A stretch of 64,000 nucleotides of DNA. Source: an uncultured Acidobacteriota bacterium (GTDB taxonomy: Bacteria; Acidobacteriota; Thermoanaerobaculia; UBA5066). Positions 29,380-40,750 of the stretch are shown here, one piece after another. A program made the translations under genes and the position numbers. The DNA is taken from the NCBI GenBank assembly GCA_963776915.1, contig CAVZPE010000008.1, positions 321,780 through 385,779 of the forward strand, given 5' to 3'. The first letter of the stretch is position 1; each line of letters begins with the position of its first letter. The notes beneath the pieces are model-generated. The model was not told the origin of the DNA. It was given only the letters and a program-made list of their open reading frames with translations, and searched no databases.

Positions 29380-30138
29380 ATGGAAGGGATCCGGCGGATC
29401 CTCTGCGCGACCGAGCGCGGCCACGAGACGGGCGAGGCCGTCACGCAGACCGAGGCGATCGCGCGGACGCACGGGGCCGAAACCGCGTTCCTGGCTCTCG
29501 CGCCGGGCGACCCCGTCTCTCTCGTCCTGCGCAAGGCGCAGGCCTTCGGCGCGGACCTCGTCGTCGTCGACGCCGCCAGCCCCGGCGGGTCGGGCGGCGA
29601 CCTCGTCGAGTCGGTGATCCGGCACGCGCCGTGCGCGGTGCTCGCCGCGCGCCCCTCGCCGCGAAGCGGGAACGTCCTCGTCACGTCGGACCTGCTCGAT
29701 CCGGCGCTGCCCGCCGTGGCGACGGCCGTGGACGAGGCGCAGCGCCGGCACGGGCACATCCTGCTCGTCCACGACGTCGACACGAGGTTCTCGGGCCTCG
29801 GGTGGGGGATCCTCACGACGCTGATCGGGATCGTCTCGAACGACCTCCTCGCCGGGGTCGAGGATGCCGCGCGCGACCGGATGGCGGACGCGCTCGCCCA
29901 CTTCGGGGCCCGGGGCGAGACGATCCTCGCTCACGGCGCGCCGGCGGCGTCCGTCCTGAGACTCGCGGGCTCCCTGCCGGCCGAGCTCGTGGTCATCGGC
30001 TCGCCGGGCGAGACGTCCTTGAAATCGCTGCTCTTCGGGAGCGTCGTCGAGACGATCGTCCACTGGGCGCCGTGCGCCGTGCTCGTCGTGCCCGTCCTCG
30101 TCGCGGCACACGTGGCGGCACATGCCGCGGGACGTTGA
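29380..30138 (+). CDS. tandem universal stress protein (UspA family)
   Basis: ATG at 29380 (MEGIRRILCATE). There are two USP halves, each ending in ...HAPCAVL(V/A). GSPGETSLKSLLFGSVVETIVHWAPCAVLVV is the ATP-binding G-x2-G-x9-G(S/T) context. Confidence 0.8.
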   Translation: MEGIRRILCATERGHETGEAVTQTEAIARTHGAETAFLALAPGDPVSLVLRKAQAFGADLVVVDAASPGGSGGDLVESVIRHAPCAVLAARPSPRSGNVLVTSDLLDPALPAVATAVDEAQRRHGHILLVHDVDTRFSGLGWGILTTLIGIVSNDLLAGVEDAARDRMADALAHFGARGETILAHGAPAASVLRLAGSLPAELVVIGSPGETSLKSLLFGSVVETIVHWAPCAVLVVPVLVAAHVAAHAAGR

Positions 30139-30159
30139 GGAACCGCGCCTCTTTCCGGC

Positions 30160-31965
30160 TCAGAACCCCCGCGGCCGCTCCGTCCGCACGCCGAAGGCCC
30201 GCTCGAGCGCGATGCCCGCACGGCCGATCGTGCCCTCGTCGAAGAGGCGCCCGACGAGCGTCACGCCGTGCGGGACGCGGCGCTTCGGCGAGAGTTTCGG
30301 GAGCGGCCGGGCCGGGTCCGGCGCCCAGTCGCTGCGCGCCCGGTCGATCTCGACGAAGCCGGCGGGCAGCGTCAGCGACGGGTGGCCCGTGAAGTTCCCG
30401 ACGGTCATCATCTCGTCGCGCAGCGACGGCACGAGGAGGAGGTCGACCTTCTCGAAGAGCCGGGCCATCTCCTGCGCGACCTTGCGGCGCAGGCGGTCGG
30501 CCTGCACGTAGTCGACGGCCGAGAGGAAGCGCGACTGCCGGAACGTGTTCGGCCACGCGTCGGGCACCTGCATCTTCAGCTGGTCGAGGCCGCCGGAGAG
30601 CGTGAGGTCCTCGAACGCGGCCGCGGCCTCTGCGAAGAGGATCGTGTTCAGGGATCCGTACGGCCAGTCCGGAAGGCTCACCTCGACGGGCGTCATCCCG
30701 AGGAGCTTCGCGGTGCCGAGCGCGGCGCGGTCGACGTCGGTGGCCGGCGCGTCGTTCATCCAGGCGGGGAAGAACCCGACCCTCAGGCCGGCCACGGCGC
30801 CGTCGGCCTCGAAGTCCAGCCGGCTCGGGATGCCGGACACGTCGCCGGGGTCGGTGCCCGAGATGGCGGCGAGGACGAGGAACGCGTCCTCGACGGCGCG
30901 CGTCATCGGGCCGAGCTTGTCCATGGACCAGCAGAGCGTCATCGCGCCCGTGCGCGCGACGCGCCCGAACGTCGGCCTGAGGCCCGTGATCCCGCAGCGC
31001 ATGGACGGGTCGATGATGGAACCTTCCGTCTCGCTGCCGATCGCGAAGCCGACGAGGCCCGCCGAGACGGCGGCGCCGGGTCCGGCGCTCGACCCGCCCG
31101 AGCCTTCCTCGGGGACCCACGGGTTCCTCGTGTCGCCGCCGAACCAGACGTCGTTCAGCGCGAGCGCGCCGAGGCTCAGCTTCGCGACGAGGACCGCGCC
31201 GGCCTCGTGGAGGCGCCGCACGACGTACGCGTCGGCGTCCGGCACGCGATCCCTGTAGGGCTCGGCGCCCCACGTCGTCCGGATGCCCTTCGTGTCGAGG
31301 AGGTCCTTGACGCCCCACGGAATGCCGTGGAGCGGGCCGCGGTACTTCCCGGCCGCGATCTCGGCGTCCGCCCGCGCCGCCTGCTCGAGGGCGAGCTCGG
31401 GCGTCAGCGTGATGACGCACTTGAGCTGCGGGTCGAAGCGCCGGAGGCGGTCGAGGTAGATCCGCGTGAGGCGCTCGGAGGAGAGCGCCTTCGACTCGAT
31501 CCACCGCGACAGGGCCGAGACCGGCGCGAACGCGATGTCCTCGTCCCGCTTCGGGAGCGGGCCGGGGTCTGCCTTGCTCCGCGCGAAGACCCCCCGCGCG
31601 GGGCCGGCCGACAGGCCCGGCAGCACGGGATTCCACCGCGAGGCCGGGGCGAGCGCCGGCTCGAGGACGACCTTCCGCGGCCCCGTGCGCCGTTCCATCG
31701 TGCCGGCCATCGCCTGGCGCCAGTTGCCGGCGGCCTGCGCCCGGTCCTTCGGCGTCAGCGCGACGCGGACGAGCTTCTCGGCCTCCGCGAGCGTTTCGGC
31801 GGTGACCTCGGGCCCGACGGGCGGCGCCGTCCCGAAGGCGGGCGGCGTTCCGGCGGCGGGCGTTCCGGCGGCGGGCGGTGACTGCGCGTCGCCGCGCGGT
31901 CCGACGGCGAGGCCAAGGGCGCCGGCGGCGGTCGCGGCGAGGAAGTCCCGGCGGGTTTTCGGCAT
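30160..31965 (-). CDS. Tat-exported amidase (amidase signature family) with an N-terminal ~110-aa extension
   Basis: The twin-arginine signal is MPKTRRDFLAATAAGALGLAV. AS-family motifs: GIPWGVKDL, GGSSAGPGAAVSAGLVGFAIGSETEGSI. Confidence 0.9.
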   Translation of the reverse strand: MPKTRRDFLAATAAGALGLAVGPRGDAQSPPAAGTPAAGTPPAFGTAPPVGPEVTAETLAEAEKLVRVALTPKDRAQAAGNWRQAMAGTMERRTGPRKVVLEPALAPASRWNPVLPGLSAGPARGVFARSKADPGPLPKRDEDIAFAPVSALSRWIESKALSSERLTRIYLDRLRRFDPQLKCVITLTPELALEQAARADAEIAAGKYRGPLHGIPWGVKDLLDTKGIRTTWGAEPYRDRVPDADAYVVRRLHEAGAVLVAKLSLGALALNDVWFGGDTRNPWVPEEGSGGSSAGPGAAVSAGLVGFAIGSETEGSIIDPSMRCGITGLRPTFGRVARTGAMTLCWSMDKLGPMTRAVEDAFLVLAAISGTDPGDVSGIPSRLDFEADGAVAGLRVGFFPAWMNDAPATDVDRAALGTAKLLGMTPVEVSLPDWPYGSLNTILFAEAAAAFEDLTLSGGLDQLKMQVPDAWPNTFRQSRFLSAVDYVQADRLRRKVAQEMARLFEKVDLLLVPSLRDEMMTVGNFTGHPSLTLPAGFVEIDRARSDWAPDPARPLPKLSPKRRVPHGVTLVGRLFDEGTIGRAGIALERAFGVRTERPRGF

Positions 31966-32012
31966 GGCCCTACTCTACCGGACCATAATCGCGAAAGCCC
32001 ATCGGAGGTCCC

Positions 32013-34658
32013 ATGCGAAGCGTCCGCTTCCTCCCGTTCCTCCTTCTGTCCTCCCTCGCGCTCGCCGTCCCGCCGTTCGCCGAGAAGACCCTTCCGGACG
32101 GGCTGACGGTCGTCGTCGTCGAGAACCACGCGCAGCCGCTCGTGACGGTCGAGATCGGCGTCAGGAACGGCTCGATGACGGAGCCTCCCGAGTACAACGG
32201 CCTCTCCCACCTCTACGAGCACATGTTCTTCAAGGCGAACGCCGCGCTTCCGAGCCAGGAGGCCTACATGGCCCGGGCCCGCGAGCTCGGGCTCGTGTGG
32301 AACGGCACGACGAACACGGAGCGCGTGAACTACTTCTTCACGACGACGACGCCGCACTTCGCCGAGGCGATGGTCTTCATGCGCGACGCGATCGTCTCGA
32401 CGTCCTTCGACGCGAAGGAGCTCGAGAAGGAGCGCGTCGTCGTGACGGGCGAGATCGACCGCAACCTCTCGAACCCGTACTTCCACCTCTACCACGACGT
32501 CGGCCAGAGGCTCTGGTGGAAATACCCGACGCGCAAGGACCCGCTCGGCACGCGCGCGACCGTCCTGGCCGCCACGCCGGACATGATGCGGACGATCCAG
32601 AAGCGGTACTACGTCCCGAACAACTCGATCCTCGTCGTGACGGGCGACGTGACGCCGGACGAGGTCTTCGCGTCGGCCGGGAAGCTCTATGCGGGCTGGA
32701 AGAAGGCCGAGGACCCGTTCGTGAAGTTCCCGCTCGTGGTCCATCCGCCGCTCCCGAAGACCGAGGTCGTCCTCGTCGAGCAGCCCGTCCGGACGGTCAC
32801 GGCGTCGTTCAACTGGCACGGCCCCTCGACCGAGGGGCCGGACGTCGCGTCCACCTACGCGGCCGACCTCCTCGGCTACGCGGTCGCCCAGCCGTCGTCC
32901 CGGTTCCAGAAGGCGCTCGTCGACTCGGGCGCCTGCGTCAACGCGCAGTTCGGCTGGCAGACCCAGCGGAACGTCGGCCCGGTCACCCTGAGCGTCTCGG
33001 CCACGCCGGAGAAGGGCGAGGCGTGCCTGGCGGCCGCCCTCGCCGAGCTGCCGCGCATGAAGGAGCCGGACTACCTGTCCGACGAGGAGATGACGAACGC
33101 GGCCCTCGCGCTCAGGGTCGACTTCGCGAACCAGCGCGAGCAGCCGAGCGCGTTCGCCCACGCGCTCACGTTCTGGTGGGCCTCGGCGGGGCTCGACTAC
33201 TACCGCGGCTACGAGGAAAACGTGGCGAAGGCGACGCGGGCCGACGTCGCGCGCTTCCTCGACACGTACGTCCTCGGGAAGCCCTACGTCCTCGGCGTCA
33301 TGGTCTCGCCCGAGACCGCGAAGGCCGTGCTCGGCCGCCCGCAGGTGGAAGCGCTCGTCGCGAGGGCCGCGGCCGCTCCGCCCGCCGCCGCGGCGGGCGC
33401 TCCGCCGCCCTCGGCCGTGGACGGAGACGTCACGGCGTACGACGTGAACGGGCTCGAGGTCCTCGTCAAGCGGATTCCGGGCGCCGAGTTCGTCGCGACG
33501 TCCCTCGTCGTGAAGGGCGGCGTCGCGAACTGGACGCAGCCCGAGTCGGGGATCGAGGAGCTCGCGCTGTCCGCCGCGGCGACCGGGGGAACGGAGCGGC
33601 TGGACAAGGACGCGTTCGCCCGGCGGCTCGAGACGATGGGGAGCACGATCTCGACGCTTTCCACGAACGACTTCGGGATGCTTTCCGTCAAGAGCCTGAG
33701 GGAGTCCTTCGGGCCCACGTTCGACCTCCTCGCGGACGCGTTCCTGAGGCCGGCCCTGCCCGCGTCCGAGGTGGAGCTCGTCCGGCAGCGCATGCTCACG
33801 GACCTCAAGCGGCAGCTCGAGGACCCGGACGGGGCGCTCGCGCTCCTCGGCGAGAAGGCGCTCTTCTCGGGCCATCCTTACGCGAGGCGGTCGGGCGGGA
33901 CGCTCGAGTCCGTCGCCGGCCTGACGCGCGACGCCGCCGCGCGGCACCTCGCGAAGCTGCGCGAGACGCGGCACCTCCTCCTCGTCGTCGTGGGGGACGT
34001 GGATCCTGCGGCCGTGGCCGGGAGGGCGCGCGCCGCGTTCGGGTCGCTCCCGCGCGGGACGTTCGCCGGCGAGGCGCCGGCGCCGCCCGCCTTCGCGAGA
34101 CCGGCCCTCGTCTCCGAGTCCCGCCCGCTCGAGACGAACTACGTCGCGAGCCTCTTCCCCGTCCCGCACCCCGGCGAGCGCGACTACCCCGCGGCGCGCG
34201 TCGCGATGAACTTCCTGAGCTATCGCCTGTTCGAGGAGGTCCGCACGAAGCGCAACCTCTCCTACGCTCCCTACGCGGCGGTGAACAACGGCGCCGTGAC
34301 GACCGGGGAGCTCTACGTGACGGCCGTGGACCCGAAGACGACGCTGAAGGTCATGGCCGGCGAGGTCGAGCGGCTCAAGACGAGGCGCCTGTCGGAGAAG
34401 GAGCTGACGGACACGAAGGAGGAGTACCTGAGCGCCCTCGTCGCCGCCACGCAGACGACGGACGCGCAGGTCCGCTTCCTCGCGGCATGGCGCCTCTTCG
34501 CGGGAGACTTCCGCGAGGCGCGGCGGCTCCCCGGGAGGATCCGCGCCGTGACCGCCGCCGAGGTCCAGGCGTTCGCGAGGAAGTACCTCGTGAACATGCA
34601 GACGGCCTACCTCGGCGACCCGTCGAAGATTCCGGCCGGGCCGGCGCCGCTGCCCTGA
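32013..34658 (+). CDS. M16 family (pitrilysin/insulinase-like) tandem peptidase with signal peptide
   Basis: The inverted zinc motif HxxEH appears as [14 protein letters not shown]. There are two M16 active/inactive halves (881 aa). GGAGG lies 5 nt upstream of the ATG. Confidence 0.9.
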   Translation: MRSVRFLPFLLLSSLALAVPPFAEKTLPDGLTVVVVENHAQPLVTVEIGVRNGSMTEPPEYNGLSHLYEHMFFKANAALPSQEAYMARARELGLVWNGTTNTERVNYFFTTTTPHFAEAMVFMRDAIVSTSFDAKELEKERVVVTGEIDRNLSNPYFHLYHDVGQRLWWKYPTRKDPLGTRATVLAATPDMMRTIQKRYYVPNNSILVVTGDVTPDEVFASAGKLYAGWKKAEDPFVKFPLVVHPPLPKTEVVLVEQPVRTVTASFNWHGPSTEGPDVASTYAADLLGYAVAQPSSRFQKALVDSGACVNAQFGWQTQRNVGPVTLSVSATPEKGEACLAAALAELPRMKEPDYLSDEEMTNAALALRVDFANQREQPSAFAHALTFWWASAGLDYYRGYEENVAKATRADVARFLDTYVLGKPYVLGVMVSPETAKAVLGRPQVEALVARAAAAPPAAAAGAPPPSAVDGDVTAYDVNGLEVLVKRIPGAEFVATSLVVKGGVANWTQPESGIEELALSAAATGGTERLDKDAFARRLETMGSTISTLSTNDFGMLSVKSLRESFGPTFDLLADAFLRPALPASEVELVRQRMLTDLKRQLEDPDGALALLGEKALFSGHPYARRSGGTLESVAGLTRDAAARHLAKLRETRHLLLVVVGDVDPAAVAGRARAAFGSLPRGTFAGEAPAPPAFARPALVSESRPLETNYVASLFPVPHPGERDYPAARVAMNFLSYRLFEEVRTKRNLSYAPYAAVNNGAVTTGELYVTAVDPKTTLKVMAGEVERLKTRRLSEKELTDTKEEYLSALVAATQTTDAQVRFLAAWRLFAGDFREARRLPGRIRAVTAAEVQAFARKYLVNMQTAYLGDPSKIPAGPAPLP

Positions 34659-35167
34659 ACGAGCTCCGGCAGCGCCCGGAACGCCTCCCACACGTCCTCC
34701 CCGAACGCGACGAAGGTGACGCGCGCGGGCTGGTCGTGTGCGGCGAGGAAGGCGGCGGCCTCGTGCGCGGCGATCGCGCAGGCCTCGCGGACGGGGTAGC
34801 CGTAGACGCCGCAGCTGATCGCGGGGAACGCGACACTCCGGCACGCGTTCTCCCGCGCGAGCCGCAGGCTTTCCCGATAGCACGAGGCGAGGAGCGCGGG
34901 CTCGCCGCGGTCGCCGCCCCTCCAGACCGGGCCGACCGCGTGGATGACGAATCGTGCCTTCAGGCCGTGGCCGGCCGTGATCCGGGCCTCGCCGGTCGGG
35001 CAGCCGCCGAGCCGGCGGCACTCCGCGAGGAGGCCCGGTCCCGCGGCGCGGTGAATCGCGCCGTCCACGCCGCCGCCGCCGAGGAGCGCGGAGTTCGCGG
35101 CGTTCACGATCGCGTCGACGTCCAGGGCCGTGATGTCTCCGCGGACGAGGTCGAGGCGGGAGGCCAC
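34607..35167 (-). CDS. macro domain protein (O-acetyl-ADP-ribose deacetylase, YmdB/Appr-1-p processing family)
   Basis: [34 protein letters not shown]...[13 protein letters not shown]. The 3' end overlaps the convergent M16 gene by 52 nt. Confidence 0.9.
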   Translation of the reverse strand: MASRLDLVRGDITALDVDAIVNAANSALLGGGGVDGAIHRAAGPGLLAECRRLGGCPTGEARITAGHGLKARFVIHAVGPVWRGGDRGEPALLASCYRESLRLARENACRSVAFPAISCGVYGYPVREACAIAAHEAAAFLAAHDQPARVTFVAFGEDVWEAFRALPELVQGSGAGPAGIFDGSPR

Positions 35168-35325
35168 GGCCGAAGACTAGCAACGCCGCGCGGCCGGTAA
35201 CATGGGCCATCGCCTCTTCGCGCGTCGACCCGCTCCCCGCGGCGCCCGGAACGGCCGGCGGTCCGGCGCCGTTCCGCGCGCGCGAGCTCTTCCTTCCGGC
35301 CGGCCTCGCGCTCGTCCTCGGCGCC

Positions 35326-36675
35326 GTGGCGCTGGGCCGCGGCCCCAGGTTCATCGACGACGCCTACATCACGTTCCGGTACGCCCGGAACCTCGCGGGG
35401 GGCGCGGGCCTCGTCTACAACGTGGGCGAGCGCGTCCTCGGCACGTCCGCGCCGCTCTTCGCGATCCTCCTCGCGCTCGTCCACCGCGTGACCGGGGCCG
35501 CGATTCCCGGCATCGCGTTCGGGACCGGCGCGGCATGCCTGCCGCTCGTGGCGCTCGCCGGCTACCGGCTCGCGCGGCGCGTGAGCGGCCCGGCTCTCGC
35601 GGCTCTCTTCGTCGCGGCGAGCCTCGCGCCGCGGGAGTCGCTCCGCGTGTTCGCGTCCGGGATGGAGACGCCGCTGTACATGCTCGGCCTCCTCGTCGCG
35701 GTCGAGCTCGCGTGCCGGGGCCGTGACACCGCCGCCTTCGCCGTCGCGGGAGCGCTCGCGTTCGTCCATCCCGACGCCGTCCTCCTCGTTCCCGCGCTCG
35801 CCGTCGCGCTGCGCCTCGCGCGCGGGCGCTGGCCGTGGCGCGCGGGGGCCCTGGGGCTCGCCCCCGCGGCGGCGGCGGCGGCGGCGCTCGGGGCGTTCTA
35901 CGGGTCGCCCGTTCCCCACAGCGTGACGGCGAAGCGGCTCGTGTACGCGATGCCCTCCGGCCACGCCTTCTCGCAGCTCGCCGAGACGATCCTCGATCCT
36001 CTCCGCGTGGCGCGGACGCCGGTGCCCGAGGCGATCACGACGCTCGCCGCCCTCGCGGGGCTCGCGCTCGCCCTCGCCTTCGGGCGGGCCGCGCTCGCCG
36101 CCCTTCCGGCCCTCGCCTGCGCCCTCTTCGCCGTTTTCTACGCCGGCGCCTTCGGGATCGCGAACCCGCTCGTCTTCGAGTGGTACCGCCCGCCGCTCGC
36201 GCTCGCCGCGACGTTCGCGGTCGTCGCGTGCGCGGCGCGCCTTCCGCGGACGGGCCGGGCCGCCGCGGCCGTCCTCCTCGCGGGCGCGGCGGCCAGCCAC
36301 GTGGCCGCGTTCCGGCCGTACGACCCGTTCGCCCGCGAGGACGTCTACGCCCGCGCGGCCGCGGCCCTGGACCTCGGGCCCGGGGACACCGTCGCGGCGC
36401 CGGAGATCGGCGCCCTGGGCTGGGCGACGCGCGCGCGCGTCCTCGACACGACGGGGCTCGTCTCGCCGGCCGCCCTCGCCTTTTCCGGGAGGCCCGAGAA
36501 CTCGGGGGGCGCGATCCCGCCGCGGCTCCTCCGCGAGTCCGACGCGGTCGCGCTCGTCACGTTCGACCGCTTCCTGGCCCCGTCGCTCGCCGCCGACCCG
36601 GGCGCGCTGGACGGGTGGACGGAGCTCGTCGTGCCCGGCGCGGGGAACGCGCGCGTCTTCCGCCGGAAGCGCTGA
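35326..36675 (+). CDS. polytopic membrane protein, GT-C-like glycosyltransferase candidate (N-terminus probably longer)
   Basis: RFIDDAYITFRYARNLAGGAGLVYNVGERVLGTSAPLF is followed by about 10 hydrophobic helices. The in-frame region upstream (..ELFLPAGLALVLGAVAL) has no start codon, so the true start may be the ATG at 35202 joined through a frameshift. Confidence 0.6.
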   Translation: MALGRGPRFIDDAYITFRYARNLAGGAGLVYNVGERVLGTSAPLFAILLALVHRVTGAAIPGIAFGTGAACLPLVALAGYRLARRVSGPALAALFVAASLAPRESLRVFASGMETPLYMLGLLVAVELACRGRDTAAFAVAGALAFVHPDAVLLVPALAVALRLARGRWPWRAGALGLAPAAAAAAALGAFYGSPVPHSVTAKRLVYAMPSGHAFSQLAETILDPLRVARTPVPEAITTLAALAGLALALAFGRAALAALPALACALFAVFYAGAFGIANPLVFEWYRPPLALAATFAVVACAARLPRTGRAAAAVLLAGAAASHVAAFRPYDPFAREDVYARAAAALDLGPGDTVAAPEIGALGWATRARVLDTTGLVSPAALAFSGRPENSGGAIPPRLLRESDAVALVTFDRFLAPSLAADPGALDGWTELVVPGAGNARVFRRKR

Positions 36676-36676
36676 G

Positions 36677-37489
36677 TCAGGCGGGTTCCGACCCGACCTT
36701 CGCGATCGCGAAGACCGTGTTCCCGAACGCCGTGAAGCCCGCCGCCTCGTAGACGCGGCCCGCGCGGGCGTCGGCCGCCGACAGGAATGCCACGGAGACC
36801 CCGCTCGCGAACGCCTCGCGGAGGGCCGCGTGCGTGAGCGCCCCCGCGAGGCCGCGGCGGCGGTGCGATTCGAGCGTGCAGATCCCGACGAGCTCCGTGA
36901 GCCCGTCCTGCGGGTCGAGGAACATGGAGACCGCCACGGCCTCGCCTCCGGTCCGCCCGACGAAGCAGCGGCCGGCGCCGAGGCCGTCGCGCAGCCAGCG
37001 GGCGTCCGGGTCCGAGACCGCGCCGGGGTCGCCGAGGCCGAACGCGCGCCGCTGGACGGCGAGAAACTCGCGGAACGCGTCGAGCGGCGACGTCGCCGGG
37101 AGCGTCTCGATCGCGAGACCGGGGGCGGGCGGGACGTCGCGGAGGGCGTCGGGGGTGCACACCATGAGCTGCGGACGCGCCTCGATCTCGAAGCCCGAGG
37201 CGACCAGCGCGTCGGCGAGCGCGGGGAAGACGGCTCCGACGAACTCGAAGCGCGGCTTGCGGCCGCGCCGCGCGAACTCGGACTTCAGCCGCGCGAGCGG
37301 CTCCGCCAGCGAGGCGGCGTCGCCCGGCGGCTCGTCGGGAATCGCGTAGTTGAGGTACGGCAGCGGGTCCGTCGGGTGGAAGAAGAGCGTGAACGGCGGG
37401 ACGTGCACGGCGTCGTACTGCTGGCGCGCCACGGCCCTCATGTGCGCCTGGAGGCGCTCGGGCGACGTGGAGGCCGAGGCGGCCGGCAT
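36677..37489 (-). CDS. GNAT family N-acetyltransferase
   Basis: The acetyl-CoA binding motif context is ICTLESHRRRGLAGALTHAAL (Q/R-x-x-G-x-G/A), with C-terminal RVYEAAGF. 270 aa with an N-terminal accessory domain. Confidence 0.8.
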   Translation of the reverse strand: MPAASASTSPERLQAHMRAVARQQYDAVHVPPFTLFFHPTDPLPYLNYAIPDEPPGDAASLAEPLARLKSEFARRGRKPRFEFVGAVFPALADALVASGFEIEARPQLMVCTPDALRDVPPAPGLAIETLPATSPLDAFREFLAVQRRAFGLGDPGAVSDPDARWLRDGLGAGRCFVGRTGGEAVAVSMFLDPQDGLTELVGICTLESHRRRGLAGALTHAALREAFASGVSVAFLSAADARAGRVYEAAGFTAFGNTVFAIAKVGSEPA

Positions 37490-37561
37490 CCCGCCATTCT
37501 AGGGATCCTCGTCAGCGGCCCGCGCGGCTGGTAAGGTTCACGCGCCCTTTCAGGAGGTTCC

Positions 37562-38872
37562 GTGCCGAAATCCCGAGTCCCGCGCCTCGCCCCGTTCGCC
37601 GCCGCGCTCCTCGCGGCTCTCGCGCTCAACGCCGAGACGCCCGCCCCGAAAACCGCCGCGCCGAAGAAGGTCGTCCTCGTGAGAACCGGAGCGCTCGTCG
37701 ACGTCCTCGCGGGCCGCGTGCTCTCCGGCCAGGACGTCCTGATCGAGGACGGCGTCGTGAAGGAGGTCGGCCCCGCCCTTCAGGCGCCGGCGGACGCGAC
37801 GGTCGTGGACCTCTCGAAGCGGACGGTCCTGCCGGGTCTCATCGACGTCCACACGCACGTGACGTCGCAGCCCGAGGATTACTACGCCGACCGGTTCCGC
37901 CGCTCGCCCATCGACGTCGCCGTCACGGCGCACGTCTACGCGCGGCGGACGCTGGAGGCGGGCTTCACGACCCTGCGCGTCGTCGGGTCTCCCGAGTACG
38001 TCGACGTCGCGCTCCGGAACGCGATCGACGCCGGCAGGGTCGTCGGCCCGCGCCTGAAGGTCGCCGGCCTCGCCATCGGCTCGACGGGCGGCCACGCGGA
38101 CCTCACGGGCTTCTCGCCTTACCTCAGGTTCGAGCGCTTCTCCGGCGTCGCGGACGGCGTCGACGCCGTGAGGAAGCTCGTGAGGCAGAACGTGAAGTAC
38201 GGCGCGGACGTCATCAAGATGATCGCGTCGGCGGGCGTCCTCTCCGAGGAGGAGAGCGTCGGCGCGCCGCAGTACTCGTTCGAGGAGATGAAGGCGATCT
38301 GCGACGAGGCCGCGATGTGGGGGCGCAAGGTGGCTGCCCACGCGCACGGGACCGAGGCGATCAAGCTCGCCGTGCGCGCCGGCGTGGCCTCGATCGAGCA
38401 CGGGAGCCTCGTCGACGACGAGGGCATCCGCATGATGAAGGAGAGGGGCACCTTCCTCGTCGCGGACGTCTACAACGACGACTGGATCCTCGCGGAGTTC
38501 GCGAAGATGGGCTACCCGGAGAAGATCATCGAGAAGGAGCGCTCCGTCGGGCGCCTCCAGCGCGAGAACTTCGCGAAGGCCGTGAAGGCCGGCGTCAAGA
38601 TCGCGTACGGGACGGACGCGGGCGTCTATCCCCACGGCCTGAACGCCCGGCAGTTCAAGTACATGGTCGCGGGCGGCCTCACGCCCATGCAGGCGATCCA
38701 GTCCGCGACGTCGGGCGCGGCCGAGCTTCTCGGCTGGGACAGGGTCGGCGCGATCGCGCCGGGACGCTTCGCCGACCTCGTCGCGGTGGACGGCGACCCG
38801 CTGAAGGACGTGACCATCCTCGAGAAGATCCCCTTCGTCATGAAGGGCGGCGCGGTCGTGGTGTCGCGATGA
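37562..38872 (+). CDS. amidohydrolase family protein (metal-dependent, imidazolonepropionase-like) with signal peptide
   Basis: GTG start after AGGAGG. VLPGLIDVHTHV (HxH), KVAAHAHG, ASIEHGS and AYGTDAG form the metal-ligand pattern of the amidohydrolase superfamily. Confidence 0.9.
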   Translation: MPKSRVPRLAPFAAALLAALALNAETPAPKTAAPKKVVLVRTGALVDVLAGRVLSGQDVLIEDGVVKEVGPALQAPADATVVDLSKRTVLPGLIDVHTHVTSQPEDYYADRFRRSPIDVAVTAHVYARRTLEAGFTTLRVVGSPEYVDVALRNAIDAGRVVGPRLKVAGLAIGSTGGHADLTGFSPYLRFERFSGVADGVDAVRKLVRQNVKYGADVIKMIASAGVLSEEESVGAPQYSFEEMKAICDEAAMWGRKVAAHAHGTEAIKLAVRAGVASIEHGSLVDDEGIRMMKERGTFLVADVYNDDWILAEFAKMGYPEKIIEKERSVGRLQRENFAKAVKAGVKIAYGTDAGVYPHGLNARQFKYMVAGGLTPMQAIQSATSGAAELLGWDRVGAIAPGRFADLVAVDGDPLKDVTILEKIPFVMKGGAVVVSR

Positions 38873-40553
38873 GCCGGAGCGCTCCGCTCGCCGCTTCTCC
38901 TGGCGCTCGGCCGCGCGCGCGTTCGCGGCCGATCCGGCCCCGACGCCGCCGCCCGTCCCGACCCCGGACGCGGGCACGCTGTTTCGCGGCGCGTCCGTCT
39001 ACACCGCGTGGGACGAGATCCCGCGGAGGGCCGCGATCCTCGTGAGGGACGGGAAGGTCGTCTCCGTCGGCAACGAGAACGAGGCGCGCGCCGCCGCGCC
39101 CGGGGCGAAGGTCGTCGACCTCTCCGGCACCGTCCTCGTGCCCGGCCTGACGGACGCGCACGGCCACGTGCCCTCCCTCGGCGCGCTCCACCGGATGATC
39201 GACTGCCGCGGGCTCTCGAAGGAGGAGATCCTCCTGAGGGTCCGGGCGCTCTCGGCCTCGGCTCCGAAGGGCACGTGGATCCGCGGCCGCGCCTGGGACC
39301 AGAACCGCTGGACCGACACGGCCTTCCCGACGGCCGCCGACCTCGAGGCCGCCGCGCCGAGGACGCCCGTCGTCCTCTCGCGCGTCGACGGCCACGCGAT
39401 CTGGGTGAACCGGGCCGCGCTGAAGGCGGCGGGCGTGACGAAGGCCACGCCCGACCCGCCCGGCGGGCGCATCGAGCGCCTCAAGGACGGGTCGCCCGCG
39501 GGCGTCCTCGTGGACAACGCGAAGGAGCTCGTCACGCGCGCGATCCCGGCGCCCGGTCCCGACGAGGCCCGCAAGGACTTCGTGGCGGGCCTCGAGGCCT
39601 GCGCGAAGGCCGGCCTCACGGGCGTGGGCGAGGCGTCCGGCTCCTCGCTCGCCGACCTCGAGATCCTCGAGGGACTCGCCCGCGAACGGAAGCTCCCGAT
39701 CCGCGTCTACGCGACGGTCGGGCCGCACGACCTCGACGCGGCCCTCGCGCGAGGCCCCGTCTCGCTCGACCGGCTCACCGTGCGCGCCGTGAAGCTGTAC
39801 GCGGACGGCGCGCTGGGCTCGCGCGGCGCCGCGCTCCTCGCCGACTATTCCGACGCGCCCGGCAACCGGGGCCTCGACGTCACGCCGCCCGGGGAGATCG
39901 AGCGGATCGCCGAGAAGGCGTTCCGCGGCGGCTTCCAGGTCTGGACGCACGCGATCGGCGACCGCGCGGTGAGAACGACGCTCGACGCGTACGAGAAGGC
40001 CCTCGAGGCCGTCAAGCCCGTGGACGCGCGCCCCCGCATCGAGCACGCGCAGAACGTCGCGCCCGAGGACGTCCCGCGCTTCGCGAAGCTCGGCGTGATC
40101 GCCTCGATGCAGCCGACGCACGCCACGTCCGACATGGGGTGGGTCGAGGCCCGGCTGGGCAAGGCGCGCATTCCGGAGTCGTACGCGTGGCGAACGCTGC
40201 TGAAAGCGGGCGCGAGGCTCGCCGGCGGAAGCGACTTTCCGGTCGAGAGCGAGCGGCCGCTCCTCGAGGTCTACGCCGCCGTCACCCGGCAGGACGTCTC
40301 CGGGAAGCCGCCCGGCGGCTGGCGCCCCGAGGAAGAGCTCGGGCGGGCGGAGGCGCTGCGCCTCCTGACGTCGGACAACGCGTACGCGGAGTTCGCCGAG
40401 AAGCGCCGCGGGCGGATCGCGCCGGGGTTCGACGCGGACTTCACGGTCCTCGACCGCGAGATCTTCGCGCCCGGCACGCCCGCCGCCGAGATCCTCAAGG
40501 CGAAGGTCGTGATGACCGTCGTCGGCGGCGAGATCGTCTACAAGGCGAACTAG
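38869..40553 (+). CDS. amidohydrolase 3 family protein (N-terminus disrupted by frameshifts near 38890-38930)
   Basis: The ATG at 38869 overlaps the upstream stop (ATGA). The signal-peptide-like pieces sit in three frames. The body is intact: VLVPGLTDAHGHV...KLYADGALGSRGA...HAIGDRA...PRIEHAQ...GSDFPVE. Confidence 0.85.
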
Positions 40554-40740
40554 GCCGGAGCCGGGCCGGAGCGGGTGGCGCGGGAGCCGGAGCCGGAGGC
40601 TTCGGCGGCTCGCCGTTCGGGTACGACTCCGTGGAGCAGAAGGAGCACTTGACCTTCGGCTGCGCGACGTCGTCGAGCACCCAGTACCAGAACTTCCTGC
40701 CGCACTTCGGGCAGGTGAACAGCTTGCGATCGCCCTTCAT
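40495..40740 (-). CDS. small zinc-ribbon protein with a Pro/Ala-rich tail
   Basis: MKGDRKLFTCPKCGRKFWYWVLDDVAQPKVKCSFCSTESYPNGEPPKPPAPAPAPP has two CxxC pairs. The position of the stop is uncertain: an alternative TAG at 40550-40552 lies one frame away. Confidence 0.5.
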   Translation of the reverse strand: MKGDRKLFTCPKCGRKFWYWVLDDVAQPKVKCSFCSTESYPNGEPPKPPAPAPAPPAPARLRPSSPCRRSRRRRRSSRPSP

Positions 40741-40750
40741 GCCCCCGATC

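Noticed and set aside
34607-34658. A 52-nt convergent overlap of the M16 peptidase and macro-domain genes as a possible antisense regulatory feature.
   Set aside because: Both C-terminal extensions are low-complexity tails past the conserved domains. Late stops are common in GC-rich genomes, and either gene could terminate earlier after an undetected indel.
37493-37506. Shared CATTCTAG(A/G)GG just upstream of two minus-strand starts (37493-37506 and 47483-47500).
   Set aside because: The match is short (8-10 nt). In one case it overlaps an alternative ATG in a different frame, and nothing is conserved around it. It is most likely coincidence.
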